A stretch of DNA of 64,000 nucleotides. Origin: the human T2T-CHM13v2.0 reference genome, Homo sapiens. Both the position numbers and the translations under genes were made by a program. The stretch is taken from assembly GCF_009914755.1 (NCBI RefSeq), contig NC_060933.1. One strand, written 5' to 3'. Under the pieces are notes generated by a model. It did not search any database and had not been told where the DNA came from. It worked only from the letters and a program-made list of their open reading frames with translations. This document shows, piece by piece, positions 1 to 15,750 of the stretch. How positions within the stretch are numbered: position 1 is the first letter of the stretch; every line of letters starts with the position of its first letter.

Positions 1-157
1 TGGGATGGGCAGGGGAGAGACAGCCAGGGGTGCCCCTCCCTTCCTCTGAGGGTGAGGAGGATGGTTGCTGGATGCTTCAGGAGCTTGCTGGCTGGGGAGA
101 TGGTGGCTGCAGGCGGCTGGGGACACAACCTGTGTGGAAGAGGTGTGCACTTTAGAG

Positions 158-691
158 GTGTGCACAGATTGGTACCAGTCTGTGGCCTGTTAGGAACTGT
201 GCCACACAGCAGGAGGCGAGCAACAAGTGAACAAAGCTTCATGTGTATTTACAGCCGCTCGCCGTCGCTGGCTCACATTACCGCCTGAGCTCCGCCTCCT
301 GTCAGATCTGCGGCAGCATTAGATTCTCATAGGAGTGTGAACCCTATCGTGAACTGTGCATGCGAGGGATCTAGGTTGCAGGCTCCTTATGAGAATCTAA
401 TGCCTGATGATCTGTCACTGTCTCCCATCAGCCCTAGAAGGGACCATTGAGTTGCAGGAAAACCAGTTCAGGGCTCCCACTGAATTATACAGTTCACCAT
501 AGAATTGTGAACTGTATAATTATACAATTCTATGGTGAATTGTATAATTATTTCATTATATAACAATCAGAGAAATAAAGTGCACAATAAATATAATGTG
601 CTTGAATCATCCCCCTCCGTGGCACCCGGTCTCTGGAAAGACTGTCTTCCATGAAACTGGTCCCTGGTGCCAAAAAAGGTGGAGACTGCTG
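158..691 (+). mobile_element. MER1A-like hAT-Charlie DNA transposon, 5' end eroded
   Basis: Matches remembered MER1A consensus (…cattagattctcataggag…gaaactggtccctggtgccaaaaa…); probable 8-bp TSD ctttagag at 150-157 and 692-699. Confidence 0.8.
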
Positions 692-2185
692 CTTTAGAGG
701 ACTGTGGCTAAGGGGTCAGCTGGAAGATGGGGCCCAGGGCTCAGGGACCCTGAATGCCCGGTTGCTGCCAATTGTTTGTCTTCATTGATCTCCTGGTCAG
801 TGGACCAGATCAGCAGAATGAACCAGCAAGGCGAGGACTGTGACCTTCCCAAGGGCAACTCTTAATGTAGGGGAACCTCTGTGCACCTCCTACCCATGCC
901 CCTTCCCATAAAGGGACTCAAAGAAGGAGACAGGGAGGGAGGGAGGGAGCTGAGAGCAAGTCCCGCTCTCCTAGGCCAGTGCTCAATTCCAGTCTGGGGA
1001 TGGGGAAGTAGGGCAGACTGATTTGAATAAGAGATGTGGTTTGCAAATCAATGGAAGAAAACCAGGAAGGAAAACATTATAAGAACCAAAAGAGACCCAA
1101 AAGTCTAACGCTGAGTTCATCCGTGTGCGATGACAAGCCTGTCCCAGGTGGGTGCAGGTGGGAGTTGTTGGAAAGCTGAGCATAAGTGCTTGAACCCTCT
1201 GTGCCCGTTTCCTCCTGTATAAAATGGAGACAATGATAATACAGGAAAAGCTTCTACCTCTTAGAGGTGTTGTGGGGAGTTACCAAGTTCATCTCTGTAG
1301 GATGCTTGGCACATGGAAGTTACTATAAAGACTAGCTGCCATTCTTCAAATTGTGACTTCCCCAGACACCAGTTCAATGTGCTTTCTTCCCACTTGATTC
1401 AATGGCAGCCGTCTCGGTGGTGGGACACTCTGCTTGCTGTGAGGAGGATGGAGGAGAAGGGGCTCCTCGGGGCCAGGCCACAGGACCCTCAGGATAAGGC
1501 CCTGCCTCCATGTTCAGGGCTTTCAGCAGCTACAGACCTGACGGGGCTGCAAAAAGCTTTGCAGGGAAGATGGGGGAGGGGTGTATGCAAAGAAAAAGCT
1601 GACAAGCAGTCTGCTTTGGAACAGGGCTGGACACTCTGTGTTGGGGAGTCCAGGGCCCCCAGCATGCCCCCGGCAGCAGGGAGGGCATGCCTGGCAACCT
1701 TCAAAAAGTGAATTTCCAAAGAGCACCAGGAGGAAACCTTCCAGAACCTTCTCACAGAACCTTTGGATGGGCCTCTCAGGGCGCTGTTTTCCACCGTCCA
1801 CTTAGATCTTAGTCCCTTACAAAAAGGTACCTCCCTTACGGGAGATGACTGAGGTGGGGGAGAATTAATTCCTGTTTTCCTGCCCTCATGGAGGATGTCA
1901 AGTAAGAAATCCGGAGAATTTCTCTTTCTCCAGTTCAGTGTGCTCAAAGGAGACCCACAGGACTGGAGGATCAACTGGGACAGGAGAACAGAGCCTTTCT
2001 TGTCTAAAACCAAGTCAGTTCCACAGAATAAAAGCTCATTTAGAGAACTCCTGGGCTCTGGGCGCCTATAGGGTGGGTAGGAGCTAGTCAGTCAGTCTGT
2101 TAGGGAAAAGACAAACTCATCACATGATCCCAAGCCTTCCCTGCAACAAGAAGACACTTGGCCAGGCCAAGAGGTGAAGTTCTTG

Positions 2186-2191
2186 TTTATT
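2186..2191 (-). terminator. Polyadenylation signal AATAAA of APBA1
   Basis: tttatt on the plus strand; UGUA about 20 nt upstream and a GU/U-rich element (gtgtcttcttgttg) downstream on the minus strand. Confidence 0.8.
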
Positions 2192-5174
2192 GTTGCAGCA
2201 ACTCTTATACAGACATTAGCGTTCAGTTAAATAAAGGAAGATAGATAGCACAGTAAATACATCACAACCCCAAACTGGATGACTGTGGCCACGGGACGGA
2301 GGAGGGAGGGAGGGAGGGACCAGTGACCAGACTGTCAAGGAAGTACATTCAGTGGGTGTGCGGTGTCCACATTCCAGGCTCACGTGTAGATATATTTTAT
2401 TTATATATTTATTTATATTTATATATAGATCATTGAGTTTTGTGTATACAAAGAACGATATTGTTACAAATACAATACTATACTTCTCCCGACACTTTAC
2501 AATAAGCTCTATTTCACCCTCTTTACAGAACAATAGTACAAGTTCATACTCTAGGTGCTGTGCTAAGTATGTACAAGAAATGTCATTCCCACACAGTCCT
2601 CACACACTGCCTTGATGGAGGGGAAGAAAGATCGAGTTGTGTGCTCAAGTCAACCTAGGCCAGGGAAGGAGACACATGAAACTCAAACCAACAGGTGGCC
2701 TGTGAATGCGAGTAAACACATCTAAGGAGGGGCGGCCCCTGGTTGTAAACATTGGTAACGGCTACACCACTGGGTCGAGGGACCCGGGAAGGGCTCTGTA
2801 GATGGTTTTCATCTGTGTGCGGGAGGTGTTGGTGCCCACAGGGTGAGGGGGGCAGAGGAGCGATGGGGGAGGTAGTAGGTTACTCTGGGACTCCCTGAAG
2901 GCGGTGTTGATGGGCAATGTTCAGAAAGCAAACCCGTGCACAGGGACCCGGCACCCCTGCCATGCACTCCTAGGAGCCTGCTCTGGCGAGGGAAGGTGTC
3001 GCTGGAGAAGTGGGCTCCAGGCATTGGTCTTTGGGGGTTTCTTCCTCTCATGAACCCAAGGCTGATGGTGGCTCCCTGAAATGCTCACACTGGAGAAAAG
3101 GCAGGATGGGTTCTGGTGCCTCTGCCTGGACCAGGAGGGGGAGGTGAACGTGGGAGTCCAACCCCAAAGCTGAGCCACCAGCACACCCTGGTGGAGCAGC
3201 CACAGCAGCTCTGTGCCCTCACAGCGTTTGGGAAGGCTGCCCTGTACATAGCCTTCCCATTACATGGGGTATTTAGATATTTACATGTATAACTATATAT
3301 ACTGGGATGACAGAAGGGAAGACCACCACTTCTCTTGGGACTTTCAAAAAATCTAGCGACTTGCTTTTAAGACTGTGGCTGCTGAGGTGACCATACCTAG
3401 GCTCACTCCCTTGCCCCAGTGGTAGTGGGAAAAAGAACCCACTTCAGCTGGGTGGACCTGTACCGAGCTCCAGCAACTTCCACTCACTGGGTGTGAAGAC
3501 ACACCTGGATTAACACAAAAGAATGTGGCAGAGAAATCTTCTCACTCTAATGTTACAATGTCAGTCCTCTAGGAGAGCTTGCAGAATTGGCTTTTTCAGC
3601 ACCTCTCAAAGTTTACAAGGTTTTTGTGCAATAGGAATAGAAAGTATATTCTCTCCTTTAGGTGAACATACATAACCGTTATGTGCAGGTTGTACAGGGA
3701 TGCACTACTGGAGTTCTGTCCCCTGGCCAGTCGTGGGCGGGCCTCTGTGGCACTGCCCAGGTGCCTAGGGACAGACAGGCATGGGCCCCTACGATGATTT
3801 TCCAAGGCTCCTGATGCCTGAAATACCACCAGTAACACTTCATTCCTGTTCTATCCACTCTTATTGGCAGAGGAAAGATGAACTGGCTGATGACTCTTTA
3901 GTGTCTCACTGTATCACCAGATACTCTACAGCAAATGGAGAACCCTGGCCATGGTTCCTTCCTGGTCCTCACGTTTGTGATGGGTTGACCTTGAGGCTGG
4001 TCTCCCAGAAACATTCTGTAAAGCATCCTTCAAAGAAGTCCTGGGGAGCTTTACGGACCATCCCAGAGCCCCTGGCCCCACCGGGTGCCACTCTCTGCAG
4101 CAGCAGAAGTCCCTTTCCCCCCAGGGCACCTGGGCAGCCAGCGGCCTCCCTTCCTCAGGGCTCCTTTGTAACACAGTGAAACTGAGAGTGCCACTGCTCG
4201 TTCCTGTCAAGCACTGAGCTTCCCTGATTCTAAGCAGAAAACTCAGAAGATGCAGAGATCTCGGGGAATTGATCACAGAACTCTCTGGTTGAAGTCTCTT
4301 GTCCCTAATCTTGTTATAGTCACTTTGCTCCCTCCTTAGAATCCCTCCATTCTCTCTATAAATACATGCTACCCACCATTTGCTCACTGAGTTCCTATTT
4401 CCATAGACACAACATAAATATCTCGGATGCAGAGAACAGGGACTATATTAATTACAAAATATAATAGTTTCTCTTCCCCTGTCTCTACTGAGGTCATGAA
4501 TGAAACAAAACAAAAGCAAAGCCAAATCACACCTCACATGAACACAAAATGCTCTTTGGACCAAGTGAAAACTGGCTCAGAATTATAATATTACTAAAAC
4601 ATCTACACTGAACTGAGACGGAAGCATAAATATGAGGCACCTGATGAAAACACGGAACAATTCCACACCAGCCAAAAATGCTCTCAGGCCCACAAGGCAG
4701 CAAGAGGGTGTTTATGGACCACATCTGGGGATTCTGAGGCATAACTTGAGGTTGCTATTGTCTCCTTAATTTTGTGGTTTATGTACTATTCTGGCCTTTC
4801 CAATATCACATCCGCCTAGTGGCCCTGAGCAGAGAAGAAAGTTGGTCTTGCCTTGGGCCAGAAAACAAGACGCAATTGCACCTGCAGCTTGCCTTCTTGG
4901 GAACAGTCCCTCCTTCCCAGACTCCTGGGATGTGTGTTCGGCAGGGAGGGGAGTCCAGGAGGAGGATGCTTTAAGCCAAAGTGGTGCTGGAGGGGCTGGG
5001 CCTCAGCGCAGAGAGGGCAGGTCTCTCAGGATGAGGCTGAGCAGCCCCCGCCTGCCTGGCCACCTGCCAGGGAAGGGGCCTTCCAGAGAGGTGGGTTTCC
5101 AGGGGATCTGTGTGCCTAATCTTCAGCTTGTCTCACTGGTGGTGGGAGCAGGGAAGGGTGATATGCAAATGGGA

Positions 5175-5175
<1 letters not shown>

Positions 5176-5208
<33 letters not shown>
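5176..5208. repeat. Compound (TG)11(AG)n microsatellite in the 3' UTR
   Basis: Seen directly in the sequence. Confidence 0.95.
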
Positions 5209-5962
5209 AGCAGACAGTACCTGCCTGTGTTTATCTAATGGTTGATAACTTGAGGACAACCTGGTAAAGCTTCAGATGCCCCATGAATTGCCAAGCTCTC
5301 TGTGACACTATGGTGTCCTTGCCCAAGGCAGTTATTTCCCCTTTTATCCTGGGGTGAGAAGGCTCGTATTAGAAAACACACATACGTTGAAATTAGAACT
5401 AGCAATAGAAGAGGTTTAAGGTTGGCTCAGAGATTCTGGGAAGAAATAATGTATGGTGCCCCAACTACATGGCAGGCAGTGCATAACCTTAATGACGTGG
5501 GCTGGCCCTGGGTACTACCACATTCCCACAGATAAACTCAGAGAGCAGGGATCAGCAACTGGGTTTTAGGCACTGCTGAATCAGCTGCTTTGCTGCCCCG
5601 CGAGCTCCTTTTAAGAAGTCTGCACCTCCTGGGAAGGGAGGATTCTCCCTCAAGCAGTGACAGCCCACCCCCTGGACACACCCAGAAAGCCCTCCAGGAT
5701 GGTCCTGGGTCAGTACCAGGTGGGTGCTGGCTGCTCTCCATCCTCAAGGGAGTGCATACGAAACTTCCCTGGTATTGAAAAAAAAAAAAAAAAAAAAGCA
5801 AATCGGAGAGAGTAAAGAGGTCCTTGTGGATTCTTCTCTTCCTGTGTAAAACCAAATGCTGGGCGCGAGAGGGGAAAGTCTCAGTGGACACAGGGATGCA
5901 GCACGAGAAACACAACCACGAAGAGGAGAGTCCTCCATGCATGCCACCGCGTGTGGCCGCGG

Positions 5963-6034
5963 TCAGATGTAAACAGGCTGCTCCTGGGCCGTCAGCAGCC
6001 TGTACATCGCGGCTGGCATTGTCTTCATATGAAT
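5963..6034 (-). CDS. APBA1: APBA1 last exon, coding part, IHMKTMPAAMYRLLTAQEQPVYI*
   Basis: Acceptor cctcag|; TGA at 5963-5965; characteristic Mint C-terminal tail. Confidence 0.97.
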   Translation of the reverse strand: MHMKTMPAAMYRLLTAQEQPVYI

Positions 6035-6422
6035 CTGAGGGTAAAGAACACACTTTAGTGGGGGGCTGAGGCTGGGGGCTGGCTGCGTGGGCACTGCCCA
6101 GGGCTGGCCAGAGAGGCAGTGCCTCTCCCACAGAGGGCTTTGAAGATACTCCCTACCGCCCAGCCACCACCAGGGACCTGACCCAGGGTGGCCTCCAGGA
6201 ACAGTGGAATCCACTGACTTTCTCAAAAGCTTAGGGGTGACAGAAATGAACAACAAAAACCAAGCAAGGCTTATTTCTCAGTCAAATGCTCTCGCTCTCA
6301 CCAGACCCTACCCTTTTAAAAGCAAGAACTCTGAAAATGGAGGAAGGGCTCCAGGCTTCTCAGGGTGCCTGCCTCCCTCATCTCTCTTGGCAGATGAGGC
6401 AAGGATGACAAATCAGCCCTAG

Positions 6423-6751
6423 AACAGCAGTGATGATTGATAGCAGTGATGAATGACAGCAGTGATGACTGACAGCAATGAATGACAGCAGTGTTGACTG
6501 ACAGCAGTGATAAATCAATGACAGCAGTGATGACTGACAGCAGTGGTAACTGACAGCAGTGTTGACTGACAGCAGTGATAAATGAATGACAGCAGTGTTG
6601 ACTGACAGCAGTGATAAATGAATGACAGCAGTGATGACTGACAGCAGTGATGAATGACAGCAGTGATGACTGACAGTAGTGATGACTGATAGGAGTGATG
6701 AATGGCAACAATGATGACTGACTGACAGCTGTGATGACTGACAGTAATGAC
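6423..6751. repeat. Minisatellite, ~20 units of 16-bp gacagcagtgatgact with 13/20-bp variants, in the last APBA1 intron
   Basis: Units parsed directly; explains the repetitive ORFs 6316..6795 and 6378..6779. Confidence 0.95.
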
Positions 6752-7171
6752 ACGTCATGCCACACTGCACTGGGGTCACACCTCTGGAAGGCCACTTTGT
6801 TGATTCAACTTGAGTCTAAGACTTAAATCTTTTAAAAACATTTGGGGAGATTAACTGGGGAAAATGGAGGCAACTTAGGCGGCCATACAGAAAAGCAACA
6901 GAAAGCTGAGTGTTAAAAAGAGAAGGTGAGCACATCAGATGAAAGAGAAGGCTGAGGGTGATCTGATTCCATTTCATGGAGGAGCTCCCAGATAACTGCT
7001 TGCTAATGGGTTTGGCATTTGGTCAGAGACAGGTCTGCTTGTTGGGGAGTGTTCAGGATTGGAAACTCAGGGAGCTTTCCTGGAAGGTCTGCTCAGGGCC
7101 ACGGTGAGCATACGAGGCAGGGGCACCAGACGCGGCCCTCAGCACCACCCTCAGCCCCGGACCTCTCCTAC

Positions 7172-7312
7172 CTCCCCAACAGCATTGGAGAGAATGTGGA
7201 CGATCTTCTCGTGGGGGGTGGCCACGACGCTCTGTCCATTGATTTCAATGATCCGGTGCCCCACACGGACGCCTCCTCTCTCAGCTATTCCCCCTCGCAT
7301 GAGGCTGCAGAT
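7172..7312 (-). CDS. APBA1: APBA1 coding exon (inferred exon 12), 141 nt, PDZ2 [19 protein letters not shown]...NAVGE
   Basis: Acceptor tggcag| and donor |gtagga; 47 codons in frame. Confidence 0.97.
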
Positions 7313-8441
7313 CTGCCAGAGTCAAAGGCAGAGTTACCCTCATTGCAGACAGTGCGGTGGGGCTGGAAGGCCGTCTTTCCTGAAAGCCCCCTGCCCCTAC
7401 ACTCTGCTCTTGGAGAAACTGACATGGTTAGGCTTTGGGCATTTAACTCTCTTAGTGTCTTTTCACAAAAAAATAGGTGCCGTCGGCCCACATGGCCACC
7501 TTGTTCATGCGGCTTGCACAGAGACTGTAGCACATCACTGGTTTTTACGGCACACTGAATTCTACTTCTCATCCCAGCTGGGGCTGGGTAAAAAGGGCCA
7601 TTTGGGTCTGTCGCAGAGTCGCCAGTGTTTCCAAACTGTCAGCCTGTGTGACACAGGTTAGTGTTAGTTCCCGTAGTCATGACTGGGACTCAAGCACTGA
7701 AGCGTTTAATGCCAGCAGACTGTTTTTAGGGTCACGATTGCCTGAGCCACCATGGGGCTGGAACTCCACTCCGTGTTCCAAAGTGTGGCTGGCTGGAGGG
7801 GAGAGACTCCTTCAGAGTTTCCCAATTCAGCGGCCCCTGTTCAAACTCCCTTCCCACAGAAAAGACAGTGAGGCTGGATTTTGTGATGGCACAGCCAGGT
7901 ACCACAGTGACCCGAGGTTGCAGGCGGGGCTGATGCGCCCTCCACCCTTACCTCACACACACTACAACATAACTTTTCCCAAAAGAGTAGGTCTGAATTT
8001 ACTAAGTTGGCTTTTCATTCCAGACCATGCACCTTTATTTAAAAGTGGATGCAGACAAGATTGCAAGTGACATCTTGCAGCAACATGCTGTGTGATTCTG
8101 AGTGTGTGGCCCAGCTGCTCTCTCAGCTAGTCTGGGGTCAAAACATTCCTTAGGTGTTTTCCCAGTGGACCCACACATGTTAACAACTCCTTGTTCGTAT
8201 CTGAACTTTTAATGCAGTTTAACTATGAACAAAGCAAACAAGTACAAGTACAAACCAATGAAAAGATGATCTCAGAGCTAAACTGTAAAGAGTCACCCTA
8301 GATCCTCTCCTAATAGGCAAATTAGGCTACTCAGGTACAAAGAATGCAGGAAGTGGGGCTGGATATTTCAACTCCAAATGGGAAGTTCAAGGGTATTTCT
8401 AAACCTTCAAATGTATTTGGAATGATATTTTAATTACCTAG

Positions 8442-8702
<261 letters not shown>

Positions 8703-9071
8703 GGAAGGCCAAGGTTTGAAGGATCACTCAAATACCAAACTGTTCGAGTCCCAATTGTGACTGTGGGAACTGAGCCGGCCCCTGCACTGTACAGCCCCAG
8801 GCTTGGGAGTCAGCTGCTCTGCGGGACTCTGTGCAGCCAGGGTGGACAGTCCAGAGGCAAGGAGGCTCTTGGAGGGTGCATCCCAAACTCTCAAGCTGGC
8901 AGCCGGGAAGGCAGTCCTGCATGTCACAGAAACACTGGGTTCTGGGTGGGAATCTCTGCTGAAGGGACTCTGTCCAGAGAGGGAGCTGAGCCTCCTTCAT
9001 CCACTCATACTCTTTCTTGATGGATTCCTTCAGGGAACAAACTGGCTTAAAACAAAAAAAAAAAAGTCAAA

Positions 9072-9361
<290 letters not shown>

Positions 9362-9647
9362 GGCCATGCTACATTTTTTTAAAGCATTCCAACAGATGTT
9401 TATTATTACTAAAATGTCCACTTTAACGTTTTTATTATTATTAGTATACTTTAAGTTTTAGGGTACATGGGCACAACGTGCAGGTTTGTTACATATGTAT
9501 ACATGTGCCATGTTGGTGTGCTACACCCATTAACTCGTCATTTAGCATTAGGTATATCTCCTAATGCTATCCCTCCCCCCTCCCCCCACCCCACAACAGT
9601 CCCCAGTGTGTGATGTTCCCCTTCCTGTGTCCATGTGTTCTCATTGT

Positions 9648-13469
<3,822 letters not shown>

Positions 13470-13517
13470 TTATTTTGCTCGTTAGTTGATGCAGTTTTTT
13501 CCTAGCCTCGATGGTCT

Positions 13518-14538
13518 TTACAATTTGGCATGTTTTTGCAGTGGCTGTTACTGGTTATTCCTTTCCATGTTTAGTGCTTCCTTCAGGAGCTGTTTTACAG
13601 CAGGTCTGGTGGTGACAAAAATCTCTCAGCATTTGCTTGTCTGTAATGTACTTTATTTCTCCTTCACTTATGAAGTTTAGTTTGGCTGGATATGAAATTC
13701 TGGCTTGAAAATTCTTTTCTTTAAGAATGTTGAATATTGGCCCCACTCTCTTCTGGCTTGTAGAGTTTCTGCCAAGAGATCCGCTGTTAGTCTGATGGGC
13801 TTCCCTTTGTGGGTAACCTGACCTTTCTCTCTGGCTGCCCTTAACGTTTTTTCCTTCATTTCAACTTTGGTGAATCTGACAATTATGTGTCTTGGAGTTC
13901 TCTTCTCGAGGAGTATCTTTGTGGCGTTCTCTGTATTTCCTGAATTTGAATGTTGGTCTGCCTTGCTAGATTGGGGAAATTCTCCTGGATAATATCCTGC
14001 AGAGTGTTTTCCAACTTGGTTCCATTCTCCCCGTCACTTTCAGGTACACCAATCAGACGTAGATTTGGTCTTTTCACATAGTCCCATATTTCTTGGAGGC
14101 TTTGTTCCTATCTATCTATCTTTTTATTCTTTTTTCTCTAAAATCCTCTTTATGCTTCATTTCATTCATTTCATCTTCCATTGCTGATACCCTTTCTTCC
14201 AGTTGATCACATCGGTTACTGAGGCTTGTGCATTTGTCACATTCTTGTAGTGTGGTTTTCAGCTCCATCAGGTCCTTTAAGGACTTCTCTGCATTGGTTA
14301 TTCTAGTTATCCATTCGTCTAATTTTTTTTCAAAGTTTTTCACTTCTTTGCCATTGGTTTGAACTTCCTCCTTTAGCTCAGAGTAGTTTGATCTTCTGAA
14401 GCCTTCTTCTCTCAACTCGTCAAAGTCATTCTCCATCCAGCTTTGTTCCGTTGCTGGTAAGGAGCTGTGTTCCTTTGCAGGAGGAGAGGTGCTCTGGTTT
14501 GTAGAGTTTCTGGTTTTTCTGCTCTGTTTTTTCCCCAT
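13518..14538 (-). pseudogene. L1 ORF1, disrupted
   Basis: MGKKQSRK… start; split over several frames in the ORF track. Confidence 0.9.
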
Positions 14539-15630
14539 CTTTGTGGTTTTATCTACCTTTGGTCTTTGATGATGCTGACGTACAGATGGGTTTTTGGTTT
14601 GGATGTCCTTTCTGTTTGTTAGTTTTCCTTCTAACAGTCAGGACCCTCAGCTGCAGGTCTGTTGGAGTTTACTGGAGGTCCACTCCAGACCCTGTTTGCC
14701 TGGGTATCAGCAGCAGTGGCTGCAGAACAGCGGATATTGGTGAACCGCAAATGCTGCTGCCTGATCGTTCCTCTGGAAGTTTTGTCTCAGAGGAGTACCC
14801 GGCTGTGTGAGGTGTCAGTCTGCTCCTACTGGGGGGTGCCTCCCAGTTAGGCTACTCAGGGGTCAGGGACACACTTCAGGAGGCAGTCTGCCCATTCTCA
14901 GATCTCAAGCTGTGTGCTGGGAGAACCACTACTCTCTTCAAAGCTGTCAGACAGGGACATTTAAGTCTGTAGAGGTTACTGCTGCCTTTTGTTTGTCTGT
15001 GCCCTGCCCCCAGAGGTGGAGCCTACAGAGGCAGGCAGGCCTCCTTGAGCTGTAGTGGGCTCCACCCCGTTCGAGCTTCCCCGCTGCTTTGTTTACCTAC
15101 TCAAGCCTGGGCAATGGTGGGTGCCCCTCCCCCAGCCTCGCTGCCACCTTGCAGTTTGATCTCAGACTGCTGTGCTAGCAATGAGTGAGGCTCCATGGGC
15201 GTAGGACCCTCCGAGCCAGGTGTGGGGTATAATCTCCTGGTGTGCCGTTTGTTATGCCCATTGGAAAAGTGCAGTATTAGGGTGGGAGTGACCCGATTTT
15301 CCAGGTGCTGTCTGTCACCCCTTTCTTTGACTAGGAAAGGGAATTCCCTGACCCCTTGCGCTTCCCGGGTGAGGCGATGCCTTGTCCTGCTTCAGCTCTT
15401 GCACAGTGCGCTGCACCCACTGTCCTGCACCCACTGACCGGCACTCCCCAGTGAGATGAACCTGGTACCTCAGTTGGAAATGCAGAAATTACCCGTCTTC
15501 TGCATCACTCACGCTGGGAGTTGTAGACTGGAGCTGTTCCTATTTAGCCATCTTGGCTCCACCCCCCCAGCCATGCTACATTTTTATTTGTCAACATTGT
15601 GGAAAAGGGTGTGGAAGGTGTTCTACTTAC

Positions 15631-15750
15631 AATTCCATTCTGGACGCTGAAACCGAGCTGGTAGCGAAGGTCTGGTCTTCTGATTAACACGGTGGTCACC
15701 GGAGGACATCTCACGATATTCAGCTTGACTCGGGACTGATTCTTTAAGCC
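15631..15750 (-). CDS. APBA1: APBA1 coding exon (inferred exon 11), 120 nt, [10 protein letters not shown]...LGFSVQNGI (end of PDZ1, start of PDZ2)
   Basis: Acceptor tttaag| and donor |gtaagt; lies in ORF 15544..15864. Confidence 0.96.

Larger units (their letters stand above)
2168..5962 (-). other. APBA1: APBA1 3' UTR (~3.8 kb)
   Basis: Repeat-poor stretch from the stop codon to AATAAA at 2186-2191; cleavage position approximate. Confidence 0.8.

Noticed and set aside
1-2100. ORFs downstream of APBA1 (e.g. 1489..2013, 174 aa)
   Set aside because: No homology I recognise, partly repeat-derived, and no exon structure.
6423-6751. Regularly spaced repeats superficially like a CRISPR array
   Set aside because: The units are contiguous with no unique spacers, there are no cas genes, and the context is mammalian.
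6316-6795. Cys/His-rich repetitive ORFs (159 aa and 133 aa)
   Set aside because: They are translations of the 16-bp minisatellite within an APBA1 intron, with no splice or promoter support.
7019-7661. Plus-strand ORFs of 179 and 200 aa
   Set aside because: Antisense shadows of GC-rich APBA1 exon 12; no recognisable domain.
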